Source of the DNA: Verrucomicrobiota bacterium | GTDB taxonomy: Bacteria > Verrucomicrobiota > Verrucomicrobiia > Chthoniobacterales > UBA10450 | DNA length: 64,000 nt | Direction of reading: 5' to 3' | Assembly (NCBI GenBank): GCA_003220005.1 | Contig: QHRD01000002.1 | Coordinates: 647-64,646 of the forward strand | Shown: positions 38,751 through 47,361 of the stretch, piece by piece | Layout: each line of letters opens with the position of its first letter | Position numbering within the stretch: position 1 is the stretch's first letter | Notes under the pieces: model-generated | Databases searched by the model: none | Told to the model about the DNA's origin: nothing | What the model saw: the letters and a program-made list of their open reading frames with translations, nothing else | Position numbers and translations under genes: made by a program

Positions 38751-39860
38751 GTGAACATCCTCATTGCTCCCGACAAATTCAAAGGCTCGCTCAATGCGCG
38801 CGAAGTTGCGGAGAACATTGCAAAAGGACTGCGCGACGCGCTGCCGGATGCAAAGATCGAACTTGTGTCGCTGGCCGATGGCGGCGAGGGGACTTCGGAA
38901 GCAATTTGCGAGGCACGCAGCGGATCTTGGTTAAAATGCAAAGCGCACGATCCGCTCGGTCGCGAAATCGAAGCGCGTTATGGTTGGATTGAATCCGGAA
39001 AAATTGCCGTAATGGAAATGAGCGAGGCCGCCGGAATGCGGCGCGTTTCTGAGGATGAACGTGATCCGGTTCGCGCGACCACATTCGGCGTGGGCGAAAT
39101 GATTTTGGATGCCGTGAATCGTGGTGCGAAGGAAATCATTATTGGCCTGGGCGGCAGCGCTACCAACGACGGCGGATTCGGGATGGCGCGCGCTCTGGGT
39201 TTTCGATTTTTTGATCAAGAACATGAGCAAGAGTTAAGAGGCCCAGTTATCGAGCTGGTTTGGCTCGAGCGAATCGAGAAGCCGGAAAAGCTGGTCTTGC
39301 CTGAGATCATCGCGGCAGTCGATGTGAGAAATCCATTGCTCGGCAAGAACGGCGCAACCCGAGTGTTTGGTCCGCAAAAAAGCGCGAGCAAGAAAGAGAC
39401 TGATATTTTGGAACGTGCGCTAACTCGGCTTGCCGATGTGGTGACCAAAGAGTTCGGTTTCGACTATCGCGACGAACCCGGTGCCGGCGCGGCTGGCGGA
39501 CTCGGGTTCGGCCTGATGAGCTTTTGCGGCGCGAAAGGTCGGCCGGGTTTCGATGTCGTCGCAGAAGCGGTCGGGCTCGAATCGAAAATCGAAGATGCTG
39601 ACGTGGTGATTACAGGCGAGGGAAGCCTAGATCGGCAGACGCTTGAAGGAAAAACGCCAGCCGGCGTGGCGCGACTGGCGCGCGAGCTCGGCAAGCGCGT
39701 TTTCGCAATTGTGGGGCGCGCAAGTAAGGATCGAGAAGTGCGCGAGATGTTTGACGGCGTTTACGAGAACGCGCGGGAGGGAATGAGTCAGGGCGAAAAC
39801 ATTAGGCGCGCAGCGGAATTATTGCGGGAAAACGCGCGGGCGCTGGCGCGCACGCAGTAG
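38751..39860 (+). CDS. glycerate kinase
   Basis: It starts at GTG and reads NILIAPDKFKGSL..SLADGGEGT..GLGGSATNDGG..ITGEGSLDRQTLEGK. Confidence 0.9.
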   Translation: MNILIAPDKFKGSLNAREVAENIAKGLRDALPDAKIELVSLADGGEGTSEAICEARSGSWLKCKAHDPLGREIEARYGWIESGKIAVMEMSEAAGMRRVSEDERDPVRATTFGVGEMILDAVNRGAKEIIIGLGGSATNDGGFGMARALGFRFFDQEHEQELRGPVIELVWLERIEKPEKLVLPEIIAAVDVRNPLLGKNGATRVFGPQKSASKKETDILERALTRLADVVTKEFGFDYRDEPGAGAAGGLGFGLMSFCGAKGRPGFDVVAEAVGLESKIEDADVVITGEGSLDRQTLEGKTPAGVARLARELGKRVFAIVGRASKDREVREMFDGVYENAREGMSQGENIRRAAELLRENARALARTQ

Positions 39861-39939
39861 CGGCGGTCTGTGGCCACCGTAAGAAAGTGTGGCCTTTGGC
39901 TTTGCAAGCATTCGGTGCTCACAGGGCGCCGCTACAGTT

Positions 39940-40488
39940 TTAGCAAAGGTCGCGGAATTGCTTCGCTGTTTCGACGTAACTCCATGCCCAGCGGGCGATG
40001 TCCTTTTGTTCGTCGGCGGTGAGTTGCCGGCGGATTTTCGCAGGCGACCCGAGGACGAGCGAGCCGGGCGGAATTTTCATGCCGATCGTGACGAGCGCGT
40101 TTGCGCCGATGATGCAGCGTGCGCCTACCTCGACATCGTCGAGAATAATTGCACCCATGCCAACCAGCACTTCGTTGTCGATCCTGCACGCGTGCACCAC
40201 GGCGTTGTGGCCGACGGTAACGAGCTCGCCCATGGTTGTCGGGTAGTTGGTATCGACGTGAACGACGGCGTTATCCTGAATATTTGAGCGCGGCCCAATA
40301 ATGATGCGGTTGATGTCGCCGCGGAGCACCGCGCCATACCACACGCTCGATTCCTCCTCAAGAACCACGTCACCGAGCACCGTGGCGCCTGGGACGACCC
40401 ATGCGCTCGAATGAATTGTGGGACCTCTTTTCAAACGCGTGGCGATGCCTGCGTGTCCAGTGGGCAGTGTATCTGGCTCGATATGCAT
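39940..40488 (-). CDS. gamma carbonic anhydrase family (hexapeptide-repeat) protein
   Basis: It has left-handed beta-helix hexapeptide repeats, reading VLRGD.NRI.IG.RSNIQDN.VVH. Confidence 0.85.
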   Translation of the reverse strand: MHIEPDTLPTGHAGIATRLKRGPTIHSSAWVVPGATVLGDVVLEEESSVWYGAVLRGDINRIIIGPRSNIQDNAVVHVDTNYPTTMGELVTVGHNAVVHACRIDNEVLVGMGAIILDDVEVGARCIIGANALVTIGMKIPPGSLVLGSPAKIRRQLTADEQKDIARWAWSYVETAKQFRDLC

Positions 40489-40517
40489 TCCGCTATGTTG
40501 AACGACGAACTCCGCCG

Positions 40518-40592
40518 GTCATGTCGAGCGAAGTCGAGATATCCCTTTATATTTTGACCTTGAGAGGTTCCTCCACTTCAGCCGGAATGACA
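40518..40592. repeat. MITE-like palindromic element, short full copy
   Basis: The ends are gtcatgtcgagcgaagtcgag ... ctccacttcagccggaatgaca. Confidence 0.65.
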
Positions 40593-40652
40593 AACTACGA
40601 ATAATAGAATCGGATTTTATTATTCTTCCGTCTAAGCGATTATAACCACCGC

Positions 40653-43600
40653 ATGTCCGAGTTTCCTTCAGAAGAAGTTACGCCATTCGTTTTCTCCGAT
40701 CCTAGCGGTAAACGCTGGCCACGTCTGCGCTTGATTCTGCTTATTGGCGGCGTGCTCTTTTTTCTGGGGACGGTGCTGTTCGTTCAGACGCTTTTTGTCA
40801 CGCCGCACATGAACGTGCCGTTTTCCCTGCGGCAGTTAAAAGGTCAACTAAAAGCGCTGCAAAAGAAAAACCCCGCGGGCCAATTATCTCCAGCTTCGCT
40901 CTTGTGGCAGAAATTTAGCGCGGCGCGACAAGCGGCAAAAAACCTTGCCGCCCCGGCGCCAACAACTTCGCCGCGGCCTCACAAGAAGCCGCCCAACAAC
41001 GAAGTGCGACTTGCATTTTACGTGAATGGCGATCCCGACAGCTACGCGTCACTTCAGGAGCACGTGTCTCAGATTACCCATCTTTGCCCGGAATGGATGA
41101 CCGTGACCAATGGCATGGGCGACTTGCAGATCGATGGTGACACCCGGTTATTGAAACTGGCCGCGACCAAGGGGATCGCCCTCATGCCGCTGCTCACCAA
41201 CCTCGTCGGGGACGCCTGGCAGCCGGAAGCCATCGAGAACCTGGCACACGGGCCACCGAGTCGACAGGATAGCTTTATTCAAAGTGTGCTTTCGGTCTTG
41301 CGCAGCGCGAAAGCTGCCGGCGTCGTAATCGATTGGCAGCAAATGGACCCTGCCTACAAAAAGGACCTCACTAAATTTATCGACAAGTTCGCCGACGCTT
41401 TGCACGACGATAACAAGGAGCTGTGGCTGTGCGTTCAGCCCGGGCAGGAGCTCGATTACATCGATTTCGATGTGCTTTCTGACAACGTCGATCGTTTCGT
41501 GGCGATGCTGTTTGACGAGACCTCCGATACTGATCCGCCGGGACCACTGGCGTCGCGGTCGTGGTTCGAAGGCTGGCTACGCGTCCTGCTGCAAGATTCC
41601 GATACCAAACAATGGATCATCGCAATCGGCAGTTATGGATATGACTGGACCATCGGCGGGAAGAAAGCGGAGATGATCAGTTTTTCAGAAGCAATGAGCC
41701 GCGCAAATGACGCGGAGATCGAAAGTGCGGAAGTGCAGGGGCCGAGTTTCAGCCCGTATTTTTATTTTCAGGATGAAGACAAGGAGCACGCCGTCTGGTT
41801 TCTGGATGCTGTAACGTTCCTCAACCAAGTGCGCGAGGTGCGCGACCAAAAAGCGGGCGGCTTCGCGCTTTACCGGCTCGGTAGCGAAGATCCTGCAATC
41901 TGGGATGCGCTGAGTGTTCCGCGGGATTTCAAGTTAGATAATCAGACGCGACAGGCTCTCGAACTGATAAAATCAACCGACACGATCACGGACGTCGGCG
42001 ACGGCGAGGTCATAACTGTCGATGAAGATCGCAGAGACGGTACGCGAAAACTCGCTGTGGACGCCGACGGTTATCTCACAGCGAAATACGTGACGTTTGC
42101 CCAATTTCCCACTCTGTATCACCAGGGCGCCGGCCGCGAACATCAGGTCGCAATCACTTTTGACGATGGCCCTGATCCGCGCTGGACGCCGAAGATCCTA
42201 GATATTCTCAAAGCGGCGAACGTAAGGGCGGCGTTTTTCCTGGTGGGTGTAAACGCGGAACGCTATCCGGGGCTTGTTCGTCGCATTGTTAATGAAGGCC
42301 ACGAGATCGGGAACCACACCTATTACCATCCGAACCTGTCGCTGTGCTGGCCGGAGCACATCCGGCTTGAACTGAATGCCACTCAGCTGTTGCTCGAAAC
42401 GATAACAGGTCGCGCCACCACATTGTTTCGCCCGCCGTACGCGTCGGATACCGGTCCAACGCAACTTAGCGAATTGACCCCGCTGAAAATTGCCGAAGAC
42501 CTCAATTATCTCGTGGTCCTGGAGGATATCGACCCGCAAGATTGGGCGAAGCCCGGGGCGGATGTCATCCTTCAGCGGATCAAACAACAGAGACACGATG
42601 GCAGCGTGATCTTGCTGCACGATGCGGGCGGCGATCGTTCCCAGACCGTGGAAGCGCTTCCCCGCATTTTGGATTGGCTGCACACGCGAGGTGACACTGT
42701 TGTGCCGTTGAGCACGCTGCTGGGCACAACGCGCGACGCAGTGATGCCGCCCGTGCAAAGCAACGCACAGTCACTCACCCGTCTGGTGAGCAGCACCGGA
42801 TTTCGTGTTTACCACAGCATCGAGCAATTTCTCTGGGCGTTTATGATCGTGGCGACAGCGCTGGTGGTTGTTCGCACGCTGATTGTCATTTGGCTCGCGT
42901 ATCGCTTTCGTCGCGGGCCGAAAACAGATTTTGCCGAACCGATCAGCGTGGTGATCGCCGCGTACAACGAGGAAAAAGTGATCGCGGAAACTTTGCGCAC
43001 ACTGTTCGCGACAGATTACAAAGGCGAAATCGAAGTCGTTGTCGTGGATGATGGGTCGCGGGATCACACCGCTATGGCAGTTGAGCGCGTCGCATCCACT
43101 GAACCGCGCGTGCGCTTGTTACAGCAGGAAAATCATGGGAAAGCGCGAGCGCTGCAACGCGGTCTCGCGGCCGCGCGCAACGGCATCATTGTTTTCATTG
43201 ACGCTGATACGCAGTGTCAGCGCGATACGCTGCCGCGTTTGCTTGAGCCATTTGTAGACGCGGGTATCGGCGCTGTGTCAGGTCATGCGAAGGTAGGAAA
43301 TTTGCGAACGTTCATCGCTCGCTGCCAGGCTCTGGAATACACCTGCGGTTTTAATCTGGACCGGCGCGCTTATAACCGCTGGAACTGCATCACCGTTGTG
43401 CCCGGTGCGATCAGCGCGATCCGAAAAGATGCGATCAATGAAGCGGGCGGTCTGAGTCTGCAAACTCTCGCCGAAGACACTGACCTCACTCTTTCATTGC
43501 ACCGAAATCGCCAGCGCATTGCTTACGTCCCTGACGCAATCGCGTGGACCGAAGCGCCCGAAACCGTGCGCACACTGTCGCGACAGCGTTCGCGCTGGGC

Positions 43601-44009
43601 TTATGGCACCCTGCAATGCCTGTGGAAACATCGCGATATGGTGTTCAACTGGAACTATCGCGCGCTTGGCTGGTTCAGTTTGCCGAGCGTCTGGTTTTTT
43701 CAAATCATTCTCGTGGCCGTTACGCCAATGGTCGATTTATTCCTGATTGCGTCGCTGCCGTTTGGCGCGTGGAACGCAGTGCTGCCATTCATTATTATTT
43801 TCTTGGCGATGGACGTGATCCTCGCGACGCTCGCCTGCCTTCTCGAGCGCGAGCCAATCGTGCGAGCATGGCGCATTTTGCCGATGCGCCTGATTTATCG
43901 ACCGATGCTCAGCTACTGCATTTGGAAAGCGATCCTGCGCGCAATCAAAGGCGCATGGGTGAGCTGGGGCAAACTCGAACGCACCGCCAGCGTTCCGGTG
44001 CGAGCGTGA
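40653..44009 (+). CDS. multidomain membrane protein: GH18-like domain (degenerate catalytic motif) + CE4 polysaccharide deacetylase + processive GT2 synthase
   Basis: 1118 aa. It has an N-terminal TM segment and a GH18-like segment AGVVIDWQQM. The CE4 motifs are TFDDGP, HTYYH, RPPY and LLHD. The GT2 part has VVVDDGS, IDADT and QRSRW plus C-terminal TM helices. Confidence 0.85.
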   Translation: MSEFPSEEVTPFVFSDPSGKRWPRLRLILLIGGVLFFLGTVLFVQTLFVTPHMNVPFSLRQLKGQLKALQKKNPAGQLSPASLLWQKFSAARQAAKNLAAPAPTTSPRPHKKPPNNEVRLAFYVNGDPDSYASLQEHVSQITHLCPEWMTVTNGMGDLQIDGDTRLLKLAATKGIALMPLLTNLVGDAWQPEAIENLAHGPPSRQDSFIQSVLSVLRSAKAAGVVIDWQQMDPAYKKDLTKFIDKFADALHDDNKELWLCVQPGQELDYIDFDVLSDNVDRFVAMLFDETSDTDPPGPLASRSWFEGWLRVLLQDSDTKQWIIAIGSYGYDWTIGGKKAEMISFSEAMSRANDAEIESAEVQGPSFSPYFYFQDEDKEHAVWFLDAVTFLNQVREVRDQKAGGFALYRLGSEDPAIWDALSVPRDFKLDNQTRQALELIKSTDTITDVGDGEVITVDEDRRDGTRKLAVDADGYLTAKYVTFAQFPTLYHQGAGREHQVAITFDDGPDPRWTPKILDILKAANVRAAFFLVGVNAERYPGLVRRIVNEGHEIGNHTYYHPNLSLCWPEHIRLELNATQLLLETITGRATTLFRPPYASDTGPTQLSELTPLKIAEDLNYLVVLEDIDPQDWAKPGADVILQRIKQQRHDGSVILLHDAGGDRSQTVEALPRILDWLHTRGDTVVPLSTLLGTTRDAVMPPVQSNAQSLTRLVSSTGFRVYHSIEQFLWAFMIVATALVVVRTLIVIWLAYRFRRGPKTDFAEPISVVIAAYNEEKVIAETLRTLFATDYKGEIEVVVVDDGSRDHTAMAVERVASTEPRVRLLQQENHGKARALQRGLAAARNGIIVFIDADTQCQRDTLPRLLEPFVDAGIGAVSGHAKVGNLRTFIARCQALEYTCGFNLDRRAYNRWNCITVVPGAISAIRKDAINEAGGLSLQTLAEDTDLTLSLHRNRQRIAYVPDAIAWTEAPETVRTLSRQRSRWAYGTLQCLWKHRDMVFNWNYRALGWFSLPSVWFFQIILVAVTPMVDLFLIASLPFGAWNAVLPFIIIFLAMDVILATLACLLEREPIVRAWRILPMRLIYRPMLSYCIWKAILRAIKGAWVSWGKLERTASVPVRA

Positions 44010-44055
44010 ACTGCGCCGCATTGAATCCCAAATTCCATTACTGATATAAACCAAA

Positions 44056-44607
44056 ATGACCCAAACCGCTTCCAAGATCCGTTTCAAGGCGAGACTTTTC
44101 CGGCCGGCGGCGACCGCGAAGGTCGGCTCTTGGAGCTTTCTCACCCTGCCAAAGAACGCCAGTGCCAAGCTCCCCTCGCGGGGCATGACGACGGTTGAAG
44201 GCACTATCAATGGCTTCGCCTTTCGGGCCACGCTCGAGCCAGACGGTCAAAGAGGCCACTGGCTCAAAGTGAATCGGAAGATGCGCGAAGCTGCGGGCGC
44301 AGACGCAGGCGACGTTGTCACGCTCGAGATCGCGCCGGCGGCAGAGGAACCGGAACCGAAGGTGCCGGTAGATCTGAGGAAGGCTCTCGCGGCCGCCCCG
44401 AAAGCGCGCGCGTTGTGGTCGGACATCACGCCCATCGCGCGCAGAGATTGGATCCACTGGATCGTCTCCGCCAAGCAGCCAGAGACGCGGGCGCGCCGGA
44501 TCAAAAATGCCTGCTCGATGCTCGCGGGCGGGACGCGACGCGTTTGCTGCTTCGATCGGTCCGGATTCTACAGCAATAGCTTTAGCTCCCCTAAAACGGC
44601 GATTTAG
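44056..44607 (+). CDS. DUF1905/YdeI-family protein
   Basis: It reads SWSFLTLPKNASAKLPSRGMTTVEGTINGFAFRATLEPDGQRGHWL and C-terminal YdeI-like W..I.PIARRDWIHWI. Confidence 0.7.
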   Translation: MTQTASKIRFKARLFRPAATAKVGSWSFLTLPKNASAKLPSRGMTTVEGTINGFAFRATLEPDGQRGHWLKVNRKMREAAGADAGDVVTLEIAPAAEEPEPKVPVDLRKALAAAPKARALWSDITPIARRDWIHWIVSAKQPETRARRIKNACSMLAGGTRRVCCFDRSGFYSNSFSSPKTAI

Positions 44608-44838
44608 ACGAATGCCATCCACCTTTTCGCTGCTCGCAGGCCACCGAGGGGTCGTGGCAGCTAATCTTGTATCCGGCTACACCGACGGCTGAGCGGGTCA
44701 ACGGGCTTACGGACGCGGTGCGGGGGAGGGCGAGGCCGCGCAGCCGGCTATTTCGGCGGACCGACTATCGATGAAGTAATGGCCGATGCGCTTTTTGCTG
44801 TCGCCTGTAGACGCGGTGTGGTAAAAGTTGCGATCGTC

Positions 44839-45840
44839 ATGCAGCAAAGAATCGACAGCATTCTCGACGCCGCCGAGCAGCGGGAGGCGAGCGACATCTT
44901 CCTTCAAGAGGACGAGGTACCGCGTCTTAAGATCAATGAACAAATCAGTGTGCTCGGCGACGAACCGCTGTCGCTCGCGGACATCACCGCCTTCTGGCAG
45001 GCCTGCGGCGCGAACGCGCAAGGCGACGGCGACATGGATCGCGACAGCGGCTTCGTCTCGCGCACGAACACGCGATACCGCGTGAGCCTGCACCGCACCA
45101 TGGGCCGCCTCGCTGCGGTCCTGCGTCGCATCAAGACCAAGGTGCCTGCTTTGAAAGAGCTCGGAGCGCCCGAATGGCTCCTGACCCGGTGGGGCGCTCG
45201 CGAGCACGGCCTGATTCTTATAACGGGACCAACCGGCTCAGGGAAATCCACCACCATCGCGTCCCTTCTTCAATGGATGAACGAGAACCTGGTGCGACAC
45301 ATAGTGACGATCGAGGATCCCGTCGAGTATCAGTTCACGATCGGGTTGCGGAGTGCACTTCGTCAGGCGCCGGATGTCATTTTCGTCGGTGAGATCCGGG
45401 ATTACGAAACCGCATTGACGGCCTTGCAGGCTTCGGAGACCGGACATCTCGTTGTTTCGACCCTGCATTCGGAGAAGGTTGCCGACACGATGGAGCGCTA
45501 TCTGAATCTTTTTCCGACCGGGACCGAGAAGCATGGTGTGAACCTTTTGGCGAATCAGCTGTCGGGCGTCCTGTGCCAGAAGCTGGTCCCATCTGCTGAC
45601 GGTGGCTTGCATTTGCTGGTGGAGCACGTCGAAAATGCGGGCGCGATGCGCGACTGGATCGCGAGACGAGAGTTGCAGAATATTGATCAGTATATCGCCC
45701 GCGGATCGGACCCTGCCGCCGTTTCATTTTTGCAATCGACCCTTACAGCTCTCCAGGCCAAGATCATCACGGAAGCGACTGCCCTGGCTTCGGTCAGCAA
45801 TGAATCCGAGCTTCGTCGCGCCATGAGGGGAATCGCCTAG
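44839..45840 (+). CDS. PilT-like type IV pilus retraction-family ATPase with internal deletion
   Basis: Walker A is GPTGSGKST, the Asp box is IVTIEDPVEY, Walker B is DVIFVGEIRD and the His box is TGHLVVSTLHS. About 18-20 residues between the Asp box and ALRQ are missing compared with its neighbour. I chose the ATG at 44839. Confidence 0.8.
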   Translation: MQQRIDSILDAAEQREASDIFLQEDEVPRLKINEQISVLGDEPLSLADITAFWQACGANAQGDGDMDRDSGFVSRTNTRYRVSLHRTMGRLAAVLRRIKTKVPALKELGAPEWLLTRWGAREHGLILITGPTGSGKSTTIASLLQWMNENLVRHIVTIEDPVEYQFTIGLRSALRQAPDVIFVGEIRDYETALTALQASETGHLVVSTLHSEKVADTMERYLNLFPTGTEKHGVNLLANQLSGVLCQKLVPSADGGLHLLVEHVENAGAMRDWIARRELQNIDQYIARGSDPAAVSFLQSTLTALQAKIITEATALASVSNESELRRAMRGIA

Positions 45841-45867
45841 ACGAGTCCTCACACCATTTGAATCCAT

Positions 45868-46983
45868 ATGAAGAAACATGACTTGATTGATCTTCTGGTG
45901 CTTGCTTCCGAGAAGGGTGCTTCTGATCTTCACTTAACAGCAGGGGCGCCACCGATGATGCGGGTAGCTGGTGTCATCCAACCGTTGGCGGAAGATCCAC
46001 TCTCCGCGGAGGATACAAGGAGGTTGGTAATCGATACCTTGAAGGAGGGACAACGGGCGAAGCTGGAAAATGAGTGGCAGCTTGACTTTGCGTTGCAGGT
46101 CGAGGGTATCGGGCGCTTTCGCGGAAATGCGTGCTATGTGTCAGGCGCGATTGAGGCCAATTTCCGGCGTATCCCTTTTGAGGTCGGCGATCTAAAGTCG
46201 TTAGGACATTCTCCAGTGCTGGATAAGTGGTGTGACGAGAGAGCCGGCCTGATACTAGTGACTGGCGCGAGCGGTGAAGGCAAGAGCACAACGATGGCGA
46301 GCATGGCTCAGACGATAGCCCAGCGGCGTTCCGTCAACATCGTCAGTATTGAGGACCCCATCGAATTCGTTCATTCGCACGGGCGAAGCCTGTTTAACCA
46401 GCGCGAAATCGGTTCCGACGCGCACAGTTTCGCGTCCGCGCTTAGGAACGCGTTGAGACAGGATCCGGATGTCATTCTCGTGGGAGAGATGCGGGACACG
46501 GACACAATGCAAACCGCGATTACGGCAGCCGAAACAGGGCACCTCGTGGTTGCAACCATGCACACAAACGATGCGCCATCGGCCATTGGGCGCATTATTG
46601 ATGCCTTTCCAAAGGAAGGCCAGCAGTTTGTCGCCGCCCAACTTGCGTGGTCGCTGTTGGGAGTGGTGTGCCAGTATCTCCTGCCGCGAAGCGGAGACAA
46701 GCCAGGCCTGATTTTGGCCACGGAATTGATGATCGTGAACTCGGGAATCGAGGCCTGTATCCGGGAGCGGCGGCTTTCGCAGATACCAGGATTAATTCAA
46801 ATCGGCGCTGCGGACGGTATGCATACCGTGGACGTTAGTCTTATCGAGTTGCTTCTGGATGAACGCATCAGTCTCATGGACGCTATGGCTCACGCGAGGG
46901 ACCCCAATTTTGTGAAGGAGGAGTTCCAGAAAGCTTTGAAGACCCAGAGAAAAGGGTGGTTTTCGGGACTTTTGCGCAAATGA
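45868..46983 (+). CDS. PilT/PilU-family twitching motility ATPase
   Basis: It reads ASDLHLTAGAPPMMRV, GASGEGKST, IVSIEDPIEFVHSHGRSLFNQREIG, DVILVGEMRD and TGHLVVATMHT. Confidence 0.85.
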   Translation: MKKHDLIDLLVLASEKGASDLHLTAGAPPMMRVAGVIQPLAEDPLSAEDTRRLVIDTLKEGQRAKLENEWQLDFALQVEGIGRFRGNACYVSGAIEANFRRIPFEVGDLKSLGHSPVLDKWCDERAGLILVTGASGEGKSTTMASMAQTIAQRRSVNIVSIEDPIEFVHSHGRSLFNQREIGSDAHSFASALRNALRQDPDVILVGEMRDTDTMQTAITAAETGHLVVATMHTNDAPSAIGRIIDAFPKEGQQFVAAQLAWSLLGVVCQYLLPRSGDKPGLILATELMIVNSGIEACIRERRLSQIPGLIQIGAADGMHTVDVSLIELLLDERISLMDAMAHARDPNFVKEEFQKALKTQRKGWFSGLLRK

Positions 46984-47056
46984 AATGGGGGCTTCGTTCG
47001 CACTGAGCTTAACGGTCGGTGTTGCCAGTAGTGGCTGAGTGGTTCTCGGTAAAACC

Positions 47057-47323
47057 ATGGAGACGCGGCTTCCCTTAGCGCTCGTTGCGATCGTCTTCTC
47101 GACGATTTTGGTCTTATCGGGATGTCAGAAGAAAAATGCGGCTACAAATCTCAACCCTGAAAGTCAAAGTGAATTACATGGAAGCACAAAGGTTCTGCAG
47201 GCCGCAGACCTTGTTGGATACAACGGAACAAAACTCCGGAACAGCGTAGATCGTATCAAGCAGGCCAACGACAAACGTAATCGGGAAATGGAAAAAAAAA
47301 TCGAAGGTACGGCAGACGAGTAA
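47057..47323 (+). CDS. small lipoprotein, function unknown
   Basis: It starts METRLPLALVAIVFSTILVLSGC (lipobox). It contains an in-frame A9 run at 47292-47300. Confidence 0.55.
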   Translation: METRLPLALVAIVFSTILVLSGCQKKNAATNLNPESQSELHGSTKVLQAADLVGYNGTKLRNSVDRIKQANDKRNREMEKKIEGTADE

Positions 47324-47361
47324 TGGGCCTAAAAGATCCCGCGGCCACCCCCGCTGAGCAT

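Noticed and set aside
40598-40625. An AT-rich hairpin gaataata-gaatcggatt-ttattattc upstream of the 40653 synthase gene as a riboswitch or operator.
   Set aside because: It is a single short stem with no conserved riboswitch core that I can recognise. It may simply be a promoter-region palindrome.
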